Assembly (NCBI GenBank): GCA_951406725.2
Contig: OX597841.1
Span: forward strand, 19,530,001 to 19,594,000
Source of the DNA: Octopus vulgaris
Taxonomy: Eukaryota
Direction: 5' to 3'
DNA: 64,000 nucleotides
A program made the translations under genes and the position numbers. Positions within the stretch are counted from its first letter, which is position 1; each line of letters opens with the position of its first letter. The notes beneath the pieces were generated by a model. That model was given only the letters and a program-made list of their open reading frames with translations, was not told where the DNA came from and did no database searches. Below are positions 13,852 through 27,236 of this stretch, one piece after another.

Positions 13852-14076
13852 CACATACATACATGCATACATACATACATACATACATACACACATACAT
13901 ACATGCATACATACATGCATACATACATACATAGATACATACATACATTCATACATACATACATACATACATACATACATACATACGTACATGCATACAT
14001 ACATACATACATACATACATACATACATACATACATACATACATACATACATACATACATACATACGTGCATGCAT
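9753..14076. repeat. Giant (~4.3 kb) ATAC tetranucleotide array with GTAC/ATGC/ACAC variants, inside PTER intron 1
   Basis: Seen directly; stop-free in most frames, which produces the 400-1458-aa spurious ORFs. Confidence 0.98.
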
Positions 14077-15157
14077 GATGGACTTCTTTCAGTTTCGGTT
14101 TGCTAAATCCACTCGCACGGCTTTGACCAGCCCGGGGCTATAGAAGACACTTACCCCAGATGCCACGCAGAAGGCCCGAACCCAAGACCGCATGGTTCAG
14201 AAGCAAACTTCTTAATCATACGGACACATCTGCGCCAAAAAATAAAAAAATATTCGTCAACGTATTTTCCCCAACATAATAATCAGGGTAGCCATGACTA
14301 TTGAACGCTGATCGATCAATGCGGTCGATAACCTTTATTCAAACACAATGTATCTTAGGACTATATTATTTTACAGGTGATCAGGTGTGATATTGCTGCG
14401 ATTTCTAACAAAAGAACATCCGACAGTGACCGTCTCGTCTTTGTAAGATGAGTCTAGCAAAAGATACCACCAGTAACAATCTGTTAGTCATGTAGTCCAG
14501 GACTACATTATAAATCCTTAAATCCTTAAAAATGTTTCAGCCCGAAGGCCGCGGCCATGCTGGGGCACCACCGCTAAAAAGTAATGGTGGACAGCCGTGA
14601 CCAGGATTATCTAAAATATTTCTTCTTTCTTTGAAGATAATGTGTAATTTGGCTGCTATTTCTAGCAAAAGAAGTTGCGGCTGAAATCATCTCCCCTTTT
14701 ATTCAGTCAAACTGCAACTGAATTATCTAAAGTTTCTTTCACTTTTTAAAGACGGTAATTGATGATTAGGCTGCTATTTCTAGCAAACACTTCCAGCTAT
14801 AACCACCTCGTTTGTTAATCATTCACAGAATATCATCTCACGCGTCTGTAGCAAAATTGTTTGTGCTCTGGAGCCTATCTTTTTCAATAAATCGGTGAAA
14901 TTATCGAAGAGCAGACGGGTGAGTGTTTCTCATCAAGGCCCGTTGTGCTTGGTTTCTTGTCGATTTTCACCAGAGATTGAATTAACCAAACGCAGCACAT
15001 GAAACCAAAGATGACCCAAAGCTGAATTATCCAAGCAATGGATGAACTACAACCACCAGAATTCATAATGTTCCTTACTTGATCCAATGGTACCACTTTA
15101 CGAAGGAATAAAGTCTCATTCGGTTATTTTGTTACTTCGACGAGTGAACACGCAAAA

Positions 15158-15559
15158 TCTTTATATATAAAAGTGAGGTTGTGTGCTGTCTGTCTGCTAC
15201 GATTTTGATTCCTAACTACTCCCACATTTTGCGGTGCAGTGTAACCAAAACCGGGTATCTTATAGTCGTCATTCATATCGAGCCCTTCTGGGTATTAGCG
15301 CGCGTCTACGATGAGTCTACGATTTTGAAAATAATTTACCATCAATTTTTCCCATTTTTTAATGCAATCTTTTGCTATTATATAAGGGAAGTAACTCTCT
15401 AAAAATTTATTATTAAATCTCAGAACGTAAAAAGCTACAGTAACACCTCCCCCTTTGTGGTTAGCCATATTGAGATGGCTATTATACTTTACATCTCTAA
15501 AAATGCTTATATAGTTATTTCCCTTACAAACCCGAGCAACGCCGGGCGATACTGCGTAG
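15158..15559 (+). mobile_element. Non-autonomous Helitron-like element
   Basis: 5' A|TCTTTATATATAAAA start; subterminal hairpin CCCGAGCAACGCCGGG followed ~10 nt later by a CTRR-like end (CGTAG); no TIRs. Confidence 0.65.
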
Positions 15560-15915
15560 CCGTATTTCGTCTGTCGTTACGTTCTGAGTTCAAATTCCGC
15601 CGAGGTACACTTTGCCTTTCATCCTTTCGGGGTCGATAAATTTAGTACCAGTTACGCACTGGGGTCGATGTAATCGACTTAATACATATGTCTGTCCTTG
15701 TTTGTCACCCTTGTGGGTAATAAAGAAATAGGTATTCCGTCTGCCGTTACGTTTTGGGTTCAAATTCCGCCGAGGTCGACTTTGCCTTTCATCCTTTCGG
15801 GGTCGATAAATTAAGTACCAGTTACGCACTGTGGTCGATGTAATTGACTTAATCCGTTTGTCTGTGCTTGTTTGTCCCCTCTATGTTTAGCCCCTTGTGG
15901 GTAGTAAAGAATAGG
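15560..15915 (+). mobile_element. Two head-to-tail, 5'-truncated copies of SINE family B
   Basis: GTTCAAATTCCGCCGAGGT..CTTTGCCTTTCATCCTTTCGGGGTCGATAAAT repeated at ~15590 and ~15760. Confidence 0.85.
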
Positions 15916-17349
15916 TATTCATGATTGCTTTAGTAAAACCAAGGAAGACTTTAGACTCAACGTAAAACGTGTTAAACGTTTTAAAAAGCAATATGGTGTG
16001 TTTTGGAAGTTTAGCAAAATGTTTTAGCTGTAACCAACAGTTCACAAAGTGTGTCTAGGTCTACATCAAAGTTAAAAAAGGTTGGATAGTCACATTTGGA
16101 ACGTCTTTGATCATAAGAGTGCTCTATCAAGCTAATAACAATTACAACGAATCCTACATGGTCAAGTGATCTGCTAGAAATCGTAGCGAAAGTCTGCCCT
16201 CCACCCCTCACCAAATCGCGTTAACGTTTACTTGTCTCAGTCATTGGACAGCGGCCATCCTGGGGCACGCCGTCGAAGGTTTAGTCGAACAAACCAACAC
16301 ATTACTTATTTTTAAGTAGTACTTTTTCTGCCGGCCTCTTTTTGCAGAAACGGGGATGTAAACAAAACACCACCAGTTGTCGTGGTAAGTAGCTTGCTTA
16401 CCAACCACACGGTTCCGGGTTCAGTCCCATTGCGTAGCACCTTGGTCAAATGTCTTCTACTATAGCCTCGGGCCGTCCAAAACCTTATGAGTGGATTTGG
16501 TAGACGGAAACTGAGAGAAGCCCGTCGTGTGTGTATGTGTGTGAGACCATTGCTTGACAACCGGTGTTGGTGTGTTTACGCCCGGTAATTTAACAGTTTG
16601 GCGAAAGAGACTGATAGAATAAGTACCAGGTTTTAAAGAAAAAAGTAGTGGGTTCGCTCGGGCCAAAATTTCTTCAAGACGGTGCCCCAGCATGGACGCA
16701 GTCAAATGATTGAAACAAGTAAAAGATGGAAGAGATTATACAAATCCGGAATGGAAAAGCTGAAATAGTCCTAATTGTAATCCTCATCATCAAAATATAT
16801 GAGGAAACAAAGTCGTGAGGCGTGGAATATCCAGATTCGGTTACAGACAAGCTACCTGAAAGGCATTTGTAAAAAATTTCATGAAAAATTATCCATTTTT
16901 TTTGGAAGTTATGAGAAACAAAATCGTTGAGATACGCTTGTGTAGATATGCCCCGGCTTCTACACACCCTTAAGACCTCTACATGATAGCTGGACCTGTT
17001 AGAAATAGCAGCCAAATCTTCCTAAAATCACAGCCTACTATTATAAAAAAGGGTGCACTGGATGATATGGTCGTGGGGTCCCTATATAAAAGAAAAGATA
17101 AGATCGTCATGACTAGAATATTGTTTAGTCTGGAGGCCAAACAAGGTACTTCTCTCTATGAGGTCGCTTGATCGATTAGAAATAGCAACCAAATCTCCCT
17201 TAAAACACATTCTGTATCTTTAGAGGGAAAATGGTAATTTGAAGTTCATGGTCTGAAATAGAGAGTCATTTCCAAAGCAAAAAATAGTGAGTCTGGTTCA
17301 TTTTAGTTTGCGAATGAACATAAAGTTTAATTTCGGTGAGATGGGGAAA

Positions 17350-17555
17350 ATGTTTAGGGTTCACTTAGGGCTGGGATTAGGGTTCACTTAGGGCTGGGAT
17401 TTAGCACTTAGGTTTAGAGCTCAAGGTTAAGATTTAGTGTTAGGGTTGAGTTTAGGAATTAAGGTTAGGGTTAGGATTTACTGTTAGGTTAAGGGGTTAC
17501 GATAAGGGTTAGGGTTTTGATTCACAGCTTAGGGCTAGGGGTTAAAGGTCGGTAT
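17350..17555 (+). repeat. Degenerate TTAGGG-like tract (interstitial, probably transposon-associated)
   Basis: Many TTAGGG/TTAGG variants; a related tract lies in reverse orientation at 36560-36616. Confidence 0.6.
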
Positions 17556-18792
17556 GGTCATGGTTGGAAATTTATAGATGAGTTGAATTTTCTTTATGAT
17601 GCGCATGATCCATATTTTTAGCGCATGCGTTCAAACCCAAATCGATAAATCAATTGTTTGTAGAAATTTCTGTTCCGGTCCCTTGAAGCCCGATTTTCCC
17701 AAACAAAGGATTGGGACACACAGAATAAGGTAACCTCCGATATGCACTCCATCGCTGGAACACCATTGGTCAAAATTCTTGTCTGCATTGCCAACACTGA
17801 CCGTGCGCTCAGTAACCACACGAGCCAATCAAGGAGCCTCTTACGTGGTTACTAAACACAGAAGAGGTGTGACATAAATCTCAACCAAAACAATTTCAGC
17901 AGGCCCACAATTAAAAGCATTCCAACTACGACCATCCTGTTTCTTTTTGAGGTGGGGATTGCATGTTATAATGTCCTATACGACCTTCCTTTTTTAAAGA
18001 CGGTTGTATGCAATCAAATGTGATTTGACTGCTATTTCTAGCAAATTCAAACTCGTTCGTTTTATGCATTGTGAAGTAGAGTGTGGTACTATAATGTATC
18101 ATTTAATACCAAGACATACTTATTTTAAAGGATTCCAACCGTGACGGTCCTGCATAAGACAAAAGCAAAAACAGAAAGCTACAGTGAATAATGTACTCTT
18201 GGATACACTGGCAATAGACAGGATGGTCATAGATGGAACATTTTTGATCGTAAGTATGCACGATCACGTCTAATATGGGGTTAAACAGCGAAATAATCTT
18301 TTAGACTCTTTAAAAGAACCTGCAATTTAGTGTGAGTCTGCAGTGTGATACCGTAGTGTCCTGACGTGGCGATGAGGCGTTGTGTGGGAAGGCGCAGTGG
18401 TGCAGCCTTGCATGTGGAAGAGTTCAATGTTTGATAATACGGCACTTGTGGTGTGGCGGTGCAGTAATGTGTGCGTGAGAGAGAGAGAGAGAGAGAGAAA
18501 TTCAAATGTGGTTGTTGCTTAGATCATGCCCGTTGCTTAGGGGGTACAACTGGACGACGGCACTTTCCCCTTTCTCTTCATTGGTGCACCCTTAAATTTA
18601 ACATTATTACAAATTAGAACGGACCCAAAATACTCTGAAGTGCCCCCAGACACCAAGGTATGGTGACATGCCTGGTTTTAGGTCCGAGTCAGCCCAGATT
18701 TAGCAGACCGCTGAACAAAGCCATTCAAACTATAACCATCCTGCCCCCTTTTTTTTTTTTAGGGGCAGTGTTTAGGACTACACTATCTTAAG

Positions 18793-18941
18793 CAGTCATG
18801 GGCCAACCGCGGGCCGCGGGGTTTTCTGAATGACACGCCTAACAATTAAATTACCTTGACTTTTTTTTTTAGCAACGCGGCCCGGTTGATGTCGAGCCAT
18901 GTTTCATGCGGCCCGCTTCTCGAAAAAGTTATCCATGCCTG
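18793..18941. mobile_element. hAT-like MITE remnant
   Basis: Termini CAGTCATGGGCCAAC / GTTATCCATGCCTG and internal GCGGCCCG motifs typical of hAT subtermini. Confidence 0.55.
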
Positions 18942-19369
18942 ATCTAATATGACTGTGATATGAGGGAGATTTGGCTGCGTTTTCGAGCAAGGCGAGCGTT
19001 TAAGTAAAGACTTTCTTGTCATGTGGTGCGGCGGTGTAGCTTTCAACACATAACACAAATCAGACTTGATTGCACAAACCAATTACAAAAAGCGTTCCAG
19101 CCGTAACCATCCGTCTTTTCCTATATCGGTGATAACATTATCCAACGAAGCCTTCCCCTTTTCAAGCAGTAAAGTAAGATTTCAGGGATATTTAGCCACT
19201 ATTACGAGCAGGTCGACTTCCACGTCAATTCATGTTGTTTGGTGTTTAGCCCAAGGTCAGCCCTGAACAAGAAGAATTATGACCAAGGATATTGCAACCG
19301 TGACCAGCCTGTCTTTTTCCGATGTACAGAAAACCGAAGACCACATTATAGTTAAGACAGTAGTGTATG

Positions 19370-19850
19370 ATTTGGAGGAAGTTTGGCTACTATTTCTAGC
19401 AGATCTAGCTTACATTGACCGGTCGCACTTATTAGCGCAATCATGTAAAAACTAACTATAACAAATATCAATGGGAGATTTAGCTGCTATTTTTAACAGA
19501 CCTAGTTTCCTTCTAGATGTTTACCTTGTTGGCTCATGTTTACATATACAGTAATGTATATTTTGAGGGAGATTTGGCTGCTACTTATGACAAGTCTAGC
19601 TACAATGCGGAGGTGTATTCCATTGGCTCATACATAGATGTCATTTGAGGGCAATTTGGCTGCTATTACCAATGTAGAGGCCCATTACATGGCTAATGCA
19701 TACACAACATAAGAGAATACGATCTGAGGGCGATTTGGTTACTATTACCAATATAGAGGTCAACCACGTTGGCTTATGCATACAGTGAGGTGATTTGAGG
19801 GGGTTTTGACAGCTATTTCTAACAGGACTAGCAACCACGTAAGCGGCTCC
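19370..19850 (+). repeat. Degenerate tandem array (~70-95-bp units) built on GAGGGAGATTTGGCTGCTATTTCTAGCA
   Basis: Motif recurs at ~19380, 19475, 19565, 19650, 19730 and 19800, plus dispersed copies from 14390 to 19200 on both strands. Confidence 0.7.
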
Positions 19851-19980
19851 CCCAGTTAAACTTGTATTCTGTAATAGTTTCCAGAGAAGAGGCGGCGACG
19901 GGGAAGAAGCGGAGAAAAAGACAAGAAAAGCATAAAAAATGAAAGGTATGACATAAACTGATCATTAAAGAAAAACTTAC

Positions 19981-20008
19981 CTGTCTGTATCATTCCTTTC
20001 TCTGCCAT
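19981..20008 (-). CDS. PTER: Phosphotriesterase-related protein, first coding exon (MAEKGMIQT + G, phase 1)
   Basis: ATG at 20008-20006 in gcagcaATGG context; donor ACAG|gtaagt at 19980; splicing to 2173 gives MAEKGMIQTVLGHIKP.., matching PTER G.(V/I)QTVLG; a possible acceptor gcag|G at 20043-20042 suggests an upstream UTR exon. Confidence 0.85.
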
Positions 20009-20103
20009 TGCTGCTGTTATGTTGCTGATGATGATGATGTCCTGCGTGTGCGTGTGTGACAAACAGAGAGAGAGAGCGAGTATGTAAGTGTGAGCTTATT
20101 TAA

Positions 20104-20136
<33 letters not shown>

Positions 20137-20363
20137 CAGAGAGAGAGAGAGAGAGAAACCTTTGCGTATCGCCTCTTGTTTGCCTTTGGTGACACTAGCA
20201 ACAGAAAGGCGTGTTATACCTTATATATATGCTTGAGCGTAGCTTATATATATATATATATATGTGTGTGTATATATATATATATATTTGACAAGCACAA
20301 ACACAGAAAGTAATATATATATATATAGCTAGATAGATAGCTAGCTAGATAGATAGATGGATG

Positions 20364-20421
<58 letters not shown>

Positions 20422-20441
20422 GATATTTATTTATAGATATG

Positions 20442-20488
<47 letters not shown>

Positions 20489-20677
20489 TATACTTATTTA
20501 CTGACTTATTTATAGATATACTACTTTATCAATACAATAATTATATACTATATATGCATGTCAACAAAGACAAAACTATAGATCATATATACATATATAT
20601 ATAAGGCATATTACTCTACCCCTGTTATTTGAGTACTCTTTTTTCCACCTTGTTTCACATTTATGTGTTTACTCCGG

Positions 20678-20714
<37 letters not shown>

Positions 20715-20840
20715 CAGATCTGTATTAGATAACCATAGATATACACTTACACTCACACAAGTATTAAATAGATGTAGTGAGGTGTGTATTTGGGGGTAGT
20801 TGTGCGCTTGTGCTTATAACATGTTGCTGTGCTGCAACAG

Positions 20841-20876
<36 letters not shown>

Positions 20877-20940
20877 CGAACTCGAATGAAGTGCTTGGTG
20901 TAGATGCCTCGAACTCTGCAGTTGAAGTCGGAACTCTCAC

Positions 20941-21050
20941 CAGGGCGCCAGCTGTTTTGAGAAGTCTCTCTTGTTCAGTTGGCTGCTTGTTGGTTGGGTT
21001 GGGCTCATATATCTATAGCCCAACAGTGGTGACATCTGTGGAGCGCCTGC
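20941..21050 (-). promoter_or_regulatory. Candidate PTER promoter and non-coding first exon
   Basis: GC-richer unique island; TATA-like TATAGATATA at ~21008-21017; donor-like CCCTG|gtgaga at 20940; inference only. Confidence 0.3.
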
Positions 21051-21085
21051 ATGTATGTGTGTGTGTGTGTGCGTACACCACATAC

Positions 21086-21116
<31 letters not shown>

Positions 21117-21503
21117 AGTATATATAAGTATATATAATTATATAGGCATGTATGCATGCACATATATACGTGTTGTACGGATGTGGGTTGGGTACGTGTA
21201 TAAATATTTATATACGTGCGCATGAATATATGTGTGTGTATATATATATATATATATGTATATGTATAGTCACACACATCATATGTAAACATACAAGCAT
21301 GTGTATGCGTGGCTGTGTACCTGATATGTAGGTGGGGGGAGGGGGTAGAGAGAGGCGAATTGGTCGGCATTGGAGCGTCGGATTGGATTCCCGGTGATGT
21401 TTGTTCTGGCTTTCTGAGTTCAAATCCAACTGAAGTCAACTTAACTTTTTATCCTCTCCAGGCGAGGTTCATAAACCAAGTTGGCTGCCACGTATCTGAA
21501 ATC

Positions 21504-21978
21504 ACTTCTTCTCCTCCACCTTCTTCTTCTTCTTCTCCTCCACCTTCTTCTTCTTCTTCTTCTTCTTCTTCTTCTTCTTCTTCTTCTTCTTCTTCTTCTT
21601 CTCCACCTTCCTCTTCCTCTTCCTCTTCTTCTTCTTCTTCTTCTTCTTCTCCACCTTCCTCTTCCTCTTCCTCTTCTTCTTCTTCTTCTTCTTCTCCACC
21701 TTCCTCTTCTTCTTCTTCTTCTTCTTCTTCTTCTTCTTCTTCTCCACCTTCCTCTTCCTCTTCCTCTTCTTCTTCTTCTTCTTCTTCTTCTTCTCCACCT
21801 TCCTCTTCTTCTTCTTCTTCTTCTCCACCTTCCTCTTCTTCTTCTTCTTCTCCACCTTCCTCTTCTTCTTCTTCTTCTTCTTCTTCTCCACCTTCCTCTT
21901 CTTCTTCTTCTTCTTCACCTTCCTCTTCTTCTTCTTCTTCTTCTCCACCTTCCTCTTCTTCTTCTTCTTCTTCTTCTC

Positions 21979-22009
<31 letters not shown>

Positions 22010-22262
22010 TTCTCCACCTTCCTCTTCTTCTTCTTCTTCTTCTTCTTCTCCACCTTCCTCTTCTTCTTCTTCTTCTTCTTCTTCTCCCCCCTCTTCTTCT
22101 TCACTTTCTTCTTCTTTTTCTTCTTCTTCTTATCCTTCTTCTTTCTTCCTCTTCCTCTTCCTCTACTTCTTCTTCTTATCGTTCTTCCTCTTCCTCTTCC
22201 CCTTCTTCTTCTCTCTCTCTCCCTCTCCCCCTCCCTCTCCCCCCCCTCTCTCTCTCTCTCTC
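21504..22262. repeat. Polypyrimidine (CTT)n tract punctuated by a recurrent CTCCACCTTCC spacer
   Basis: Seen directly; source of the poly-S/L/K ORFs. Confidence 0.95.
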
Positions 22263-22557
22263 TTCACACACACATTGTAATCAAAAAGTTCGCCTGGTAT
22301 TAATGTCGGCCTAGACTTCAGTCCCACTGCGTGTCTCCCACTTTCGTCCCAGGCGACCCAAGCCTTGTGGTTGGATTAGGCAGAGGTAAACTATGTTGAA
22401 GCCCGTTGTGTGTATGTGTGTGTGTGTTTGTCCGCCACTGCCGCTTGACAACCGGTGCTGGTTTGTTTACGTCTCCGTAACATTAGCGGTTCGGCAAAAG
22501 TAACCGATAGAATAAGTAACAGACTTTATAAAACTAAAAATAAAATAGAATATAGAC

Positions 22558-22955
22558 TCAGGAGTGGCTGTGTGGTAAGTAGCTTGCCTACCAACCACAT
22601 GGTTCCGGGTTCAGTCCTACTGCGTGGCACCTTGGGCAAGTGTCTTCTGCTATAGCCCCGGGCCGACCAATGCCTTGTGAGTGGATTTGGTAGACGGAAA
22701 CTGAAAGAAGCCCGTCGTATGTATATATATATATATATATATGAGTGTGTGTCTGTGTCTGTGTTCGTCCCCCTAGCATTGCTTGACAACTGATGCTGGT
22801 GTGTTTACGTCCCCGTCACTTAGCGGTTCGGCAAAAGAGACCGATAGAATAAGTACTGGGCTTACAAAGAATAAGTCCCGGGGTCGAGTTGCTCCAGCAT
22901 GGCTGCAGTCAAATGACTGAAACAAGTAAAAGAGTAAAAGAGTAAAGAGTAAAGA
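22558..22955 (+). mobile_element. Young, near full-length SINE family A
   Basis: Complete head, core and (AGTAAAAG)n tail; CpGs retained. Confidence 0.9.
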
Positions 22956-23452
22956 GAATAAAATAAGTAATGGGGTCGATTTGTCTCGCAAGCAGAAAAA
23001 AAAGCCCCCTTCCAAGCGGTGCCCCAGCATGGCCGCCGTCCAATGATTGAATGATAAGATATGTTGCTGAAGTCTGAGACCCTACATACGTTTACATGTA
23101 CGCACGGCTACGGTGTGTTTATGTAGATGTGAGCTATATTATGAAGGGATATATATTCACACACACGATTGTTGTACACAAACGCACGTGATTTATAGAG
23201 ATAAGAGGGTGGGGTGACGGTGGTTGGTGGAAGGGAAGCGTGCAGGACCATATTTTGATACGAGGGTCCAAGATACGAACGAGGTTCAGGGTCGATGCTC
23301 CTTTGGGTTTTTCTGCGTCGCCCCTGTGGGCCAGCAATATAAAATATCTATATAAAGTTATGTACACACACGCATTCTTCTCTCATCTAATTTCATTACA
23401 CACACACACCTACCTACCTACATACATGTATGTATGTATGTATATATATATA

Positions 23453-23666
23453 CACGAGCGGTTGGTGAAAAGTTCCTGGCTTTAAGGGTAAAAGAAAACT
23501 CGGGAGGATCGGTTAATTATGATTTTATTTACCACATTCCTCTCTCAGATTCGCACACTTTCTGCAGCGGTCCTTCAGTTTTTTCTAAGCAACTTGGAAG
23601 GTTGAGTCTCCAACCAAGCTTTTCTCCACACCCTTAAAGCCCAGAACTTTGCAGCGCCTCCTCGTG
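23453..23666. mobile_element. Mariner-derived MITE
   Basis: TIRs CACGAGCGGTTGGTGAAAAGTTCCTGGCTTTAAGGGT / ACCCTTAAAGCCCAGAACTTTGCAGCGCCTCCTCGTG; TA on the left side. Confidence 0.75.
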
Positions 23667-23954
23667 TGTGTGTGTGTGTGAAAGATCTTTTTATCTTATC
23701 TGTTATCTTTTGTCGGAGGAGCGATGTAAACAAACCAGCATCAGTTTTCAAGCAGTGGTGGGACACACACGCACATAAATAGAACAGATAAGAGAAATAG
23801 GATAACAGGGTAGATATTTACGTGCAGGAGTGTGTGTATGATATATGACAGGCTTCATTCAGTTTCCGTCTGCCAAATTCAGTCACAAGGCTATAGAAGA
23901 AGACACTTACCTCTGGGTGCCGTGAAGTAGGGCTGAACCCAAAGCCACAGTTTT

Positions 23955-25090
<1,136 letters not shown>

Positions 25091-25876
25091 ATGTTTCTTT
25101 ATTAGCCACACAGGGTTGCACACAGACAGGACAAAATTACAAGGTAGAGCTTTTCTTTTGGGGGTAAAAGAAGGGGGTTTGGTTTTCGATCAAAAGGGAT
25201 CGTAAATGAAAAGAAAGAGGACAAAAAAAGGGGGGAGGATAAAATAAAAAAAAAAGATAGATAGATAGATAGATAGAACATACACACAAAGCTTCTTTCA
25301 GTTTCCGCCTACAAAATCCACTTACAAAGCTTTGGTATGCCATACACACACACACACACACACAGAGGACTGGCTTCTATCGTTTTCCATCTACCAAATC
25401 CAGGCTTTTGCCTGCCTGGGGCTATAGTAGAAGACCCATGTCCAAGATGCCATGCAGTAGTACTGAACTCAGACTCCTGTGGTTGAGAAGCAAACTTCTT
25501 ACCACCCAGCCATGTGTGTGGATGGGTTGGTGGCGGTTATCATAGTACTTGTGTTTGCCCCCTCCCCCAAAGCTAGGAACCGGTGTTGCTTTGTTTACGT
25601 CCCCCGTATAAGCTAGCGGTTCGGTCAAAGTGACCGAGAGGATACTAAGCTACAAATAATAATAATAATAGTTATTGGGTGGTCGATTTGTTCGACCAAA
25701 TCCTTCCCGGCAGTGCCCCATCATGGCCGCAGTCAGATGGCTGACACAAGTAAAGGAAAAGAAGAAAGACAAACTTAAAGTCATAGCCCCGACCACCTGC
25801 CGAGGCGTTTTGCCTTCTCGCTTGGAAGAACTAAAATTGTTCTACTTAAGTTCATGTGCACCAATCGCGTATAAGC

Positions 25877-25982
<106 letters not shown>

Positions 25983-26569
25983 ACGCGTATAAATATTGAA
26001 TTTCGACTGGCATCTTAGATGTGACTGTGGGGTTAAGAAGTTTGCTTTACAACCATGTGCTCTTGGGTTCAGTGCCATTGCGCGGCACCTCGGGCAAGTC
26101 TTTTACTTCAGCCCTGGTGGGCAAAACCAATGCTTTGTAAAGTGGAATTTGTAGGCGGAAACTGAAAGAAGCCTTATGTGTATGTTCTGTATGTGTATAT
26201 TCTATGTGTGTGTGTGACTGCCTTTGTGTTTGTTCCCGACCACCGCTTGACAACCGGTGTTAGTTTGTTCACGTCCTTATAACTTGACGGTATGGAAAAA
26301 GCGACAAATTGAATAAGTACTAAGCTTTACATATATAAAAAAAAGTTCTGGGGTCGGTTCGTTAGAATTAAACCCTTCAAGGCAGTGCCCCCAGTATAGC
26401 AGCAATTCAATGAGTGAAGCAATGAAAGGATAAAAAGATCTTATATCACGGTTTAGAGAGAGTGGGGACAAACGGACAGACAAACAGACAGAAAGAAAGA
26501 GAGAGAGAGCGTGGAAGTCAGTAGACACACAGACACAGCAATTACTTAGAGTTCCAAGATAAATGTGAC

Positions 26570-27170
26570 GGGTGGGTCTGGTACGCAACGTGTGTGATGT
26601 TTCTGAGGTCTCCAGTTGTTCCGAGTATTTCAGTATCAGACTCCTATCCCCCGGTTGCACCAACCGTGGGGGGGGGGTGATCAAATCCCAATTTACATCT
26701 CAATAGCAGCAGGCCACTAATCTTTGGATAAATCCCAAACCAAGAGGCCCCTCTCTGTATTCTGCATCTTCAATGATGGAATCTACGGGACCTCTTCTTT
26801 GTTGCTCCAGCCGGGGGTTGTTGATCATGTCCCAACTTACATCCAACAGCAGCAGACCGCTTTATCCAAAGCCAGGTGACCGTCTTCGGTGATAGAATTT
26901 ATGGCCCTCTTCTCAGTAACCCCAAAGCCAGTCAGATTTTTGCAAAGTGAATGCCCCCCGCACAGCCCAGTTACCACGTTTCAATTGCCTCGCAGCGTGC
27001 TCCCCAGCCATGGTTTCTGCACTGCTCGTCCTACCGTTTGGCCAGCTTCTTCTAATAAACCTCCGTTACATGTTCTTCCTTGGACACAGTTAGTTCCCAC
27101 ACCATCACTTATCCGGGTGGAATTTGAGAAGATAACTTATGTCTGAGCTGTCTCTAGCTTCCTCTCCGTT

Positions 27171-27236
<66 letters not shown>

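Noticed and set aside
9488-14143. ORFs of 437-1458 aa (YIHT/MYVC repeats)
   Set aside because: They are translations of the stop-free (ATAC)n array in all frames, with no coding complexity
17350-17555. True telomere or chromosome-fusion site
   Set aside because: Short, highly degenerate and single-orientation, inside an intron
17600-17830. Nested promoter or exon (GCGCATGCG motif, AAG|GTAACC donor-like site)
   Set aside because: Only short motifs, with no partner exon or recognisable ORF
19370-19850. CRISPR-like pattern of a conserved motif with variable spacers
   Set aside because: Eukaryotic context, degenerate repeats, spacers related to each other and no cas genes
21309-22314. Poly-Ser, poly-Leu and poly-Lys ORFs
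   Set aside because: Products of the (CTT)n tract
22558-22630. tRNA genes at SINE heads (also ~6125, 48055, 50885)
   Set aside because: A/B boxes are present but there is no complete cloverleaf, and each continues into SINE body sequence
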